This document shows, piece after piece, positions 38,901-49,702 of a DNA stretch of 54,423 nucleotides. How positions within the stretch are numbered: position 1 is the stretch's first letter; each line of letters opens with the position of its first letter. Both the position numbers and the translations under genes were made by a program. Location of the stretch: positions 62,001 to 116,423 of the forward strand of contig NW_026938289.1 in NCBI RefSeq assembly GCF_032062105.1, read 5' to 3'. The notes below the pieces were generated by a model. The model was not told the DNA's origin. It searched no databases and worked only from the letters and a program-made list of their open reading frames with translations. Origin of the DNA: Saccostrea cucullata. Taxonomy: Eukaryota.

Positions 38901-40258
38901 ATATCGATAGAAATAGTAGCTACAGGTACCTTGACTGAAGATCCATCTGCTAGAATGCAGGTTTGAAACTTGTTTCTTATGAAATTATCCTCACCAACTT
39001 TGCTTTTTCTCACAACTATACCTGTACATCCCGTGTCTCTCAAAACTGTTACGGGCATACCTTCGGCATATCCAGCTGAAATAGGTAAGTTATTTTGCTT
39101 CTGATAGCAAGATGAAGAGACCTTAGTTGAAAAGTCACCTGCGTCAGAGTTTGTTACATTGCTTGTTGGTAAAGAAGAAACAAAACTTACATGTACCTTG
39201 GCCACGGTTTCATCTTTTGCAGTTTCCTCATTTATAGAATTCTCCGATTGCTTATGAGTAACTGAACTAACCTTTGGCTTGTTTCTGCATTCTGAAGCTA
39301 TATGGCCTATATTATGACATACATAGCATCGTCTTTCTGATTTTGGAATAAATGCTGGCTTAGCTTGATATTTTCTCTCACCTTTACTACTTCTGTGACT
39401 GTCATGATCGTGTCGATCCTTCTTTTGTGGTCGGTAATCAATGCTTTTGTCGCTAGTGAATGTTACAGCATTAGCCAACCTTGCTTCCCGGTATTGATCT
39501 GCTAAACAAGCCATGTCTTGAATGGATTTTGGTATTCGCTCTTTTAGGAAAAGAGTTAAATCCCTATTACAAACATGCAAAAACTGATCTCTTAGAACCA
39601 AATCAAACAAAGCTTCAAAAGTTTCAGCAATGTTTGCCATTCTCAACCATCTTTGCAGATAATTAATAAGTCTCACAGAAAACTGAATGAAAGTCTCACC
39701 TTCTTCTGGCCTGGAAGATCTAAATTGTCGCTTAAATCCATCGTCAGTAAGGTCATAGCGCTTAAGTAAAGCTAATTTTAACTTATCGTAGTCAAGAGCT
39801 TCCTCTGAAGGTAATAGAGCATACACATCTAATGCCTTACCTTTAAGAAGTGCGCTGAGATTTGTAGCCCATGTTAACTTAGACCATTTCTGTGTTTCTG
39901 CGTATCTCTCGAATCTCCTAAGATAACTATCCATGTCATCTTTTCCATCTGCAAATGCTGGAATCTTTGGTCCTTTCATTTTTACACTAACCTCATCACT
40001 TGGATCACTAATCTTTAGTTTCCCTTTCTCCTGGAGTACTTCCATTTCAAATTGGTGGGAGATTTGTTGAAGTTTCAATTCTTTGTCATACTTCTTTTTC
40101 ATTCGTTGATACTCTAATTCCTCTTTCTGTCTTTCTCTTTCTGCTCGTCTTTCTTCTCTTTCGATGTCCTGTTGGGTTCTTACAAATTCTCTCAAATCAT
40201 CTTCCTTATAACCTAATGATACCCCATAGTCAATGAGTTCTTTCAACCTTTCAGCCAT
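35912..40258 (-). pseudogene. Gag-Pol (capsid/SCAN-like, CCHC, protease, integrase, RT, RNase H) with two nonsense codons
   Basis: CYVCHNIGHIASEC; LRDTGC; H..GH...CDIC; VAVDIVGP; GMVERFN; FCVDFR, LDLSKGYWQ, MPFGL, FIDG (second catalytic Asp lost); QTDAS, IEKE, TDH. The three ORFs share one frame, with TAA at 37946 and 37559. Confidence 0.93.
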
Positions 40259-43200
40259 GATTAAAGGATACACAAAAGTCAAGAGTACAAAAGTAAAGAT
40301 ACAAACAAAATCAAACTTGGGTGAAACAACTCAAAATTTCCGAACATACCTAGAGTGGTATTCACCTGAGTCTGTGTCCAACATACATGCACTTGGGTAC
40401 GCCAAACATGCACATATTTTATCTAATATACACATTTTACACTGAAACCACTTACTACTTACACAACACAGACACACAACTTACTGAAGTGACTTCTTAT
40501 CAGTTTGGAAATTTTGGAGTTTCAGCAGTGATTGAACCTCTGGGTCCAGATTAACTCTCTACATAGCATATCTACAATACAAAAGTACAGCATATGATTT
40601 TTTTTTTTTAATACAAAAATTAAATTAAAGACAGATTGATAGGAAGAAGACAGGTAGAAATCAAATTGTGTTTTATTCTCAATTCAATTTGAAGTTTAAT
40701 TTTCACAAAACAAATAATATTCTCTTTATGATATCAATAAGTTTTTTAGCTAGTGTTGTTCTGTGATTCTCCCCAGTCCTTGTTCCTATTTTGTTCTTGA
40801 ACCAGATGACTGCTGCAGCTTTAACTTCGCTGAAGTTGGAGCCAAAGTGTCATCATCTGTCTCTCATCAGAAGTTTGGAGCTAGTTGCTAACAATAATGA
40901 AAAGAGACACAAACACAACTTTAAATTTAAGTAACAATTCAGAGGAAAAATCCAACGTTGAAAGGAATGTTGAAATAAGAAATGTAGTTGTTCAGCTGCT
41001 GTTGCCGGAACCAAATTATCGCTAACAATGTTGCTGGACAATGAATGATACAGTTGCTGCTTTTGTCATAGTTGTAGATGAGCCGTTGAATGAGATACAC
41101 GAATGGATTAGCTCTCTATACAGAATCCGTTTTTCCTTTAGGAATCGTATCCCTGGAAGAATCCTATCCCACTTCTGACACCATTGTTGCCGGATGACCA
41201 AGCGTCTTATCCATTCTATTTGAATACTCAATAAAACACAAGTCCAAAAAGGTTTCAAATGTATATTCTGGTTTTAAAATTACAATGATTCACTGGAATC
41301 GTACACGTGGTGTTCCTCGTTGCGCACACTCCCCTCTCGGGTTTTGGGACCTCAGAAGCTGAGTGTCTGTATCTAATAAACTTTTGCTTAGGAAATATTG
41401 TTGAAATTATCTCAAATTTAACTGGCTAAGGATGGAATTCACACATTTACAAAATTATCAAAGACCCGTGCATGTTCTAGCGTGACACGGCAGGAAAAGA
41501 GGGTGATTTACTCAACCGTGCCTGTTAAATAGCCTCGAACAATTGAGGCTCCATAAAGGTTAAAATAGTAGAGGTCACCTACAGGATAACTGAGTATTAT
41601 ACAAATAAAATCATACATGTAGAGTAAATGTGACAGTAGGTCGCGGGTTTGCTGACGTCATTAAAACTGGGTACGCAATTTATATGATTTATATAACTTT
41701 CTTGTGCACATCTGATTATGACGTCACGGTGAGAAAGGGAAAATTTCAGTACATAATCTAGCTGTAACATTTGTTGAAATAATAGTTAAGTGTAACATAT
41801 TCATAGAACATGCTGAAGTTATAAAAATAATAAAGGCTTATTTTGATTCGAGTGACCATCACTGAAAGTGTTAGAAGCGTTTCATTACGTATCATCAATC
41901 GCATCTTCTCGGGTCTATTCTGAGAGCACATGTACTTGTTTCGGAAATAAATTTTAACCCTTGTATCATGTATGATTTATAAATATTAAATACCGGTATT
42001 AAATGAGTATAATTTTAAAACAGGTTATCTAACTCCGAATTACACTCGATACCCCCTCCTCAGAAACGCACTCATTTTATTGTACACTTTCAGTGGAAAT
42101 GCACTAAACAAACTGTTTATTAGCATTGTCTTCTACGATAATTTATCTACACAACCACATATGGCATGCATGTTTTGTTTTTTATTTATCTCCGTAAACA
42201 GCGTCAAAACTTTGAAGGTCGAACTCAATTATGAAACGGTATGTGCTAATCTCAGACTAATGTATATAAAGGTTGATCACAAATTAAAAACTGCTAAGGC
42301 ACAGGTCTCCGGGGTAATCTTAATGAAACATAAACTAAATTATATACCGGGTATATTATATATACATTTTTTGAGCGGCATTGACCTCTTGTAAATAACC
42401 ACAGGCACGTAGGATATGACCCCCTCCCTCCTTTCCATTTTTTACTTCCTAACGCCAGGGATGAGTAAACTTTTTCCATTTTTTTTAATTTTTACTCCAC
42501 CCTATATGTGCACGTTGATTTAAGGTAGTTCTATACTCGGCACTAAATGGGCTCAATCTTTAAAAATCTGCTTTTATAAGATAGACATACATCCCAGCAA
42601 TGGATAGACACAAGAAAAATTATATGTCAACATGTTCACTTTTCCGCTATAGCCTATCAAGTATATACCCCGAAATGTAAAATACTGAAATTTTACCTAT
42701 CTTAGATTTTGTTGTATATAAATTAATTTAAGTCTACATATTCAACTTTAATACCCAAAATAGAGTAGAAACATGTTATTAAACAATAAAATATCATTGT
42801 TTTGCATGAATTATTATAAATAGATGAACTTTGTTAGGCTATTGTATCAAAATCTGATGTGAGAAGATATGCTTCCCAGGACAATCTTGGTCATTTAAAA
42901 AAAATTATGGACTCAAACTTCGTAAATTTGCATTATTTTTACTAAATTATATTTAAGAAAAATAATAAGCTTAAAAAATTATATGTTGACGCATTAATTT
43001 TCGTGGTATGAGGTCTACACTTAAGGTACCCCCCTACTTTCTTTCTTCCAGAAGTCATGAATTGTCACATATTTCTGTAATACTGTTAATGTTTGAGTGT
43101 ATACTTGTATTTACAAGCTTGTGCATTATTTAAAACAATAATCATACACACCCAAAACCTATTGTCCCTAAAATTTATCTTATTTTACTCGAAAAATAAA

Positions 43201-44467
43201 ACACACTTGTCTTTAAATTGCAGACGATGAAAATGAAAGTAATTCACTGATTCTCAGAAACTGGATGATTTTGTCACAGAAAGTAACAAAGTATGCTGCA
43301 AGTGAATCAACTTTTGTCAAATACTTATTCAAAAGATAATTTTGCATTGGGGTTCGTGGGTAAGCAGGTTGGGGGAGGGGGTATGTGTTTTATGCAATTA
43401 TTATTATCTAAAGTAAATTTTGTAATGTTTGATTAGTAAAATTAATAAGTTTTCAAATCGTAGTCATTACTTTTCTTCCGAATTATCACTATAAGCTTCA
43501 ATTTGGCCACCGACAACAGTTGCCTCGATAGTTTGATACAGTCATGTTCTGATGTAGCATGTCTATGGTCCGTGTTTTCGACGCTGCATATCAAACATGC
43601 ATCATTCACAGAAATATTGTTTTATTACCTAATTATTTCTGTCAACCGAAAGTTGTTCCCAGCCTTTTCTTTTTAATTAATTTATCCTTAAACTGTACAA
43701 TATGTGTTTGTTGACGCGACCGACTTCGAGCAAAATCGTTACCGGATATTTAAAATGCTAAGTAAAAGTCAAACCAATATAGTATAGTATTTTCTACCTG
43801 TATCTACATATTAGCTGTGATGGCGGAATACACAGGGAAAACACTATGAGATAAAATCCGCTCTTTATTGCGTTAGTGGTCGCCAATAATATGTAACAAT
43901 TACACAAACTTACAGAGGACAATATAACACGTCTGGTCGGGTCGACGATCAGCATGGAAGAGAGTGACGATTACGTCACAGCCCGCATCACTGCCGGCCA
44001 CGTGATCGGAGGCTGCTAGGGAATTCGTCCCTAGCGCCCCTAGGACCACTACATTCCTCCCCATTTTGTAAGAGGGCGTCCCAGCCCGTAAAGTAATTAC
44101 AATGGGACAAACTATAATATACAAATAATAAAAATTAACTCCTAGCAGGGCCTATCTTACATACATACACATGCATTCACACAATAATAAACATTAAACA
44201 TTACTGTCTCTATAATAATAAAAATCACAATTAACAGTTCATATCACACAGTCACTCATCATCCGCGTCGTCTCGGAACACCACGAGGTCCATCGTTGTA
44301 AACATCTACCAAGTGGTCCAACGTTGATACATCTGGATAGGCTCTGCTCGGTACATCTAAAGGCGACATCTAAAGTGCGGCATAAGTCATCAGGACTATC
44401 TGCTCCCAATTCAGGTAAGTTCAGGTAAGTACATCCGAGTTACCAGTCTCGGTCACGGCATACTGGT

Positions 44468-45199
44468 TCAAAACGGTCCCCTCAACTGAGGTCCAAAGAA
44501 CACTCTGAAGTTCCTAAAAACTAGGCCCGCCAGCAAAGCGACATCCTGTCCCCTCGCTGCGGCAACTCTCCTGTACACCTCCCTGATGTGTCTGGGACCC
44601 ATCGGTGCTTCAACCCCACAAGGAAATTCAGGACTGTCCGACTCGACCAGCAGTCGGTCCATAGGAATAGCTCTAACTCCCGACAACTGGGTCGCGGACA
44701 TCTCCGCGATCCGACCTCCAACTCCAAAGAAAACGGGTCGGCCAGACTCCACCCAGAGTCTCACCTGCTCCGGTCCACCTGTGAAGTCACGGACAAAGAT
44801 AGGTACCAGGATTGGAACAAACATCCCGTCCAACAGTGTAAGGCAATCTTGGGTAGGGACGCGGCCCAAAGGGTCGTCCGCGTTCCCCCTCAAAACCAGT
44901 ATCATCGCTGTACTGAACGACGCCTGGCGGAAGAACTCCGCCAGCACAAACCTCTGACACCTCTGGGTAGACGGACCGGAATAATCCAATCCTATTTCCC
45001 CTAGCACAAAGTTCCTATTTCTACACACTCCCACAATGCGGGCTACATCTGCTTGTGTAATCAAGTCCGCCAACCCAGGGGAAATCCCCTGAGCTACGAC
45101 CCAATGCGGATTACCAACCTCCGAGAAAGGTTCCTCTCGGAAACCATATGCTACATATCACTTCCTAAGCGGAGATTCCGCTCTCGAAGACAAACTCAT
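44468..45199 (-). CDS. TatD-fold (TIM-barrel) protein lacking the canonical His ligands; in-frame TGA at codon 14
   Basis: LGEIGLDY, IPMDRLLVESDSP and N.R.FF motifs. The frame extends upstream of the listed ORF to an ATG at 45199 via VVAQGISP (GxHP position), with TGA at 45160-45158. Confidence 0.82.
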
Positions 45200-45360
45200 C
45201 AATCTTCTTAGACATCACTAACGAACCTACAAAGACATGTAAGTTTATCAAACCAATGCCTAACTACTAACTAATTCATGTACAAGTCTACCTAAACCGG
45301 ATCTTAACCTACTAAAACTTGCACATGCTTCCGCACCCCTGCGGAAACCTTACTAACTAA

Positions 45361-48300
45361 CTAACCAGTGTCGACTATGACCGGACTACATTCGGGGCAG
45401 ATATACTGAGGTACAGATTTAGCATAATCCTCACTTATACCCACACACCCTGGGTGAAACCAGTCCCGACAATTGTCGCACTGCACCATCATTCCCTTGG
45501 GATTAGATTGTAAACAAACATAATACTTCTTAGCTCTAGTTCCCTTAGTGGCTCTAGGTCTCTTGGGCGATTGGGGTTGTTTATTCTGGTCTAATCTTTC
45601 CCTAACCCGTTTACGAGTACCCATATATGGACCTACTGACTCCGCTGGTTTGGGGCTAACTATTGAGTGACCCCCACTCCCCGGGCTCTCAGGACTTAAT
45701 CCTGACTCTGTGGACCCCAGCGGTGTAACCACGTTATGTATATGGGAACTATCCCCATCTCGGGCTACTGACTGTCCGGGCAACCTATTTTTGTAGTTTA
45801 TTAACCATTTAGGGAGTTGCCTGGACTCGCACCTTTTAAGCTTGTCATGGTGCATAACCTTGACCTCGCGCCGAGATTTTACAACAAATATTGTGTCTGA
45901 CTTGGTTTCTATTATTATCCCAGGACCCCTCCATACTGACTCTACCTTTTTTCCCGCATTGCGGCGCCAGTAAACCAAATCTCCGACCTTGAACTTACTG
46001 GTACGGACCTTAATGTCATGCGACCTTTTCATTGCCTTTTGCGCGACTTTTAGTTTTCCGCGGGCAATATCGTGCGCTCTCTGAACATTGTCTTCTAGAT
46101 CACGTACATACTTGTCCACCTCACCCTCCTCCCCATTTTGAAAAGACGTGGAAGGCGGTGGGGCGAACATCAAGGTTGCTGGGATATTTACTTGATCGGC
46201 AGGGACTGCTTTCCCTACCTTAGTTCCCTTCTCAACAATATGACTTTGGTCTGTCATATTTAAAATGCACAGCTTGGCTTTGTTACCTGCGGTATTGTAT
46301 GTCCGCGAAGCTACTATACCAGGCGGAAATATGCTGGCTGGCTCCAACATAAACTCTGGCATATCGGAACTGTGGGTACTCTCGATGATCTGAGCAGTGT
46401 GCGGGGGAATCCGCACTCTGCGGGCTGAAACCGCATCGAGTACTGGTACTGACTCATCAACACTCATAACAAATATAGTGTCGATGCCTTTAACCCTTAA
46501 AGTTCCGGCTTCACAAGAAATCTCTACACCATGCTTACGCAGGAAATCTATGCCTAGGAGCATCTCGTCCTGCAGAGAACCAACATAGATCGGGTGTACA
46601 AAGTCATAATCCCCGATGCGTATATTAAGACAACCGAGGTACTGAGCGGTCATACCAGCTCCCTCGCCAGCCAACCTAACATTAGTGTTACTCAAAACTT
46701 CGGGCTGCGGCCTCAAAGACTTATAAACGTCACTAGATATTATTGATATGTCGGCTGCGGTATCGATTGTCGCTCGGACCTGTTGGCCTCCAAGCTGTAT
46801 CGGAATCCGCCAAGCTCCCGAACCAGTGACTTGACTACCGGACCTGACTGACGGGATAACGTAGGTCGCGTTTACATTTGGCTCAGTGAACTTGACTTTA
46901 GTCTCATGTTTCGGTGCGCGATATCTATCCTCGTCCTCGCTATTTACTGACTTAAGGCAAGGCTTAGGGGACCCCGATCTACGCCGTCGCTGGCGGATCG
47001 GGCAATCGCGTAAGAAGTGTCCTGGCTCCTGACACTCAAAGCACACAATGGGCTTCGTCGCACTAGAGCGGCCCCTACTCGGTGACGGATCCCTCGAGGA
47101 TCCTCGCTCTACACCATGCTTACGCAGGAAATCTATGCCTAGGAGCATCTCGTCCTGCAGAGAACCAACATAGATCGGGTGTACAAAGTCATAATCCCCG
47201 ATGCGTATATTAAGACAACCGAGGTACTGAGCGGTCATACCAGCTCCCTCGCCAGCCAACCTAACATTAGTGTTACTCAAAACTTCGGGCTGCGGCCTCA
47301 AAGACTTATAAACGTCACTAGATATTATTGATATGTCGGCTGCGGTATCGATTGTCGCTCGGACCTGTTGGCCTCCAAGCTGTATCGGAATCCGCCAAGC
47401 TCCCGAACCAGTGACTTGACTACCGGACCTGACTGACGGGATAACGTAGGTCGCGTTTACATTTGGCTCAGTGAACTTGACTTTAGTCTCATGTTTCGGT
47501 GCGCGATATCTATCCTCGTCCTCGCTATTTACTGACTTAAGGCAAGGCTTAGGGGACCCCGATCTACGCCGTCGCTGGCGGATCGGGCAATCGCGTAAGA
47601 AGTGTCCTGGCTCCTGACACTCAAAGCACACAATGGGCTTCGTCGCACTAGAGCGGCCCCTACTCGGTGACGGATCCCTCGAGGATCCTCGCTCGGGACT
47701 TGATCTTCGGGTGCGGTCCTCCGAGTCACTGGAGCAATGACCCTTACCTGCATCCCAATCCGGTGACTCGGAGCGGTCCCTATTAGCGCGGCGATCAGAA
47801 CGGTCTCTGCTGGCACGGCGAGGACGGTCCTCGCTGGCACGATGAAGACGGGTTCTGCTGGCACGATCTGAGGAACGGTCCTCGCTGGCACGATAAGGAC
47901 GGTCCCTGCTGGCACGATAAGGACGGTCCCTGCTGGCACGATTAGTACGGTCCCGCGACTCCGAGCGTTCTGTGCGTGCCACCAAAAAGTCTTGGCTCTC
48001 AGAGTCTGACCGGGCGCGATAAAAACTTGAACCTGGCGACTGACTCCGGTCCCTCTAAAGCGATCGTACTGCCCTCGGACGGCGGGCTAAAGCTCTACGG
48101 CTAAGTTGATACGTTTTTACGCGTTTAATTGCCTCCTCGAGAGTTCCCGGGGGATTATTGATCAACTGTTGCCCCGCCTCGCCATCATTACACCCAAGAG
48201 CAAAACGGACAATAATTTGCTCCTGGAAAACCTCTGGCGAGGTGCCGCCACCGAACGCTTTCTGGGCGGTGTCCATCACCCTATCTCCCCATTGCTCAAT

Positions 48301-49702
48301 AGCTTCGTCCGCCCGCTGGCTGATCGAGTTAAACTCCAGCTGTGAGGCGGCTCTAAGAGAAGTCTTACCGAATCGCTCCTCCATCCGGAGAACGACCTCA
48401 CGGAAACTTAATAGCGCGCCTCGTCGCCTGAGGATGTCAAAATACTTCAGGGCTGCCCCCTCTAACGTGAGACTGAGGGCAAACAGAGAGTCGGGGTCGC
48501 TCCATTGATGGTACTCGGCAATGGTAGAAAACTTCGAGTAAAACGGACCCCATTCTACGTCCCCGTTATATCTAACCCCTTTAACCTCTGCTGGAATATT
48601 TCGACTAATACAGCTACGGGTACCCGCGGGAAGGCAACAGGCTCTGGTATGCGGTGGTCATCAGGGAATGTCCCTGTCCTGCAGTATGCGGACCCCCCTG
48701 ACTGGGCATAAACGACGGACTACCCCCTAATGCTACTGACTCCCCAACCAACCTACCATAGTGGCCAGCGCCCTGACCACTCGAGTTAGCAACACTAGGA
48801 TGCGCAGACGCTACGGGCATTGTCGCGGAAGTACCCACTCGGGTGCACCATGCAACCTGACCCGGAACCGGTGGGCCCGTGCTGGGAAGCACTGGGTAAT
48901 CGGTCCCCCCTGATGCGAAAGAACCCAGAGTTATAGTACTCGGCAACCCCGAGACTAAACTGTCATTGCCAAGTGAGGATAGGGACTGACCTTGATACAT
49001 GTGTACACTAGGACCCCCCACAGAGACAGGCATATACCCCCCGCTATGTGCGGTCACTACAGGATTACTAATAGGCACCTGCTGTCCGGGTAGTGCGCTA
49101 GGGACCCAAGGACTCCCTTGGCTACTAGTCACTACAGAGCTGCTAACAGATATCTTATGTCCGGGTAGTGCGCTAGGGACCCAAGGACTTCCCTGGCTAC
49201 TAGTCACTACTGGCTGACTGACCCTATTATCCTGCGTGGGTGGGGGTGACTGGGGCTGGCTGGTCTTCATCAACCCAGCCAACATTTGAGTAATGTTACC
49301 CAACTGGTCCCCCATACTTGTCTCCATGGACCCAACCTGTGTTGACACACCTGTAACACTGTTCCAAAGGGCGTCTATCTCGGACCCCATAGTCCTCAGC
49401 TGTTTTGACACATTGGCCCCCAGGGTATCTATGTCCCCTCTCAGGGCCCCCATATCCCGACCCAGGGTATCCACCCTCTTATTCACAGTGTCCATTTCCC
49501 CCTGGATCCGGTCTACCGCTCCCTCCAGTATGTGCTGACGTTCCTGGAGGAGGGAATGAAAAGCGGACCATCCGGGTGTTTCCCCTGGACCCTCCGAGAT
49601 AGCTCCCTGTGTAAGTGACATGTCCCCCTCCCCATACTGAGTGACATTATCCGGGGCACTCCCCCCCCTGGGGCACAGGTGTACTCGCCACACCCGGGAC
49701 AA
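45361..49702 (-). pseudogene. Gag-protease-(RT/RH/IN core deleted)-IN C-terminus-PHD polyprotein, disrupted
   Basis: Coiled-coil and low-complexity N-terminus; capsid-like YNGDVEWGPFYSKF...LEGAA; CFECQEPGHFLRDC; IDTAAD...LLGIDFL; FKVGDLVY...WRGP...HHDKLK; PHD at the end. Frameshift near 48620-48700 and TAG at 48055. Confidence 0.85.
46522..47691. repeat. 585-bp in-frame tandem duplication (zinc knuckle + protease)
   Basis: 46522-47106 and 47107-47691 look identical; CTC microhomology at the junction. Confidence 0.92.

Larger units (their letters stand above)
30016..41635 (-). mobile_element. Gmr1-like Ty3/Gypsy LTR retrotransposon
   Basis: 5' LTR 41185-41635; 3' LTR 30016-30317 + 35665-35814; TG...CA ends; TSD GTAGG (30011-15, 41636-40); PBS TGGTGTCAGAAGTGGGAT (tRNA-Leu-like) at 41166-41183; polypurine tract at ~35815-35835. 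Confidence 0.95.

Noticed and set aside
45158-45160. Selenocysteine or readthrough at in-frame TGA codons (also 26978)
   Set aside because: No SECIS was recognised and neighbouring ORFs carry other lesions; the 26978 TGA aligns with GGA in the paralog.
44468-45199. Bacterial contamination or a host tatD gene
   Set aside because: The ORF is enclosed by paired LTRs with TSD, PBS and PPT in continuous eukaryotic repeat DNA.
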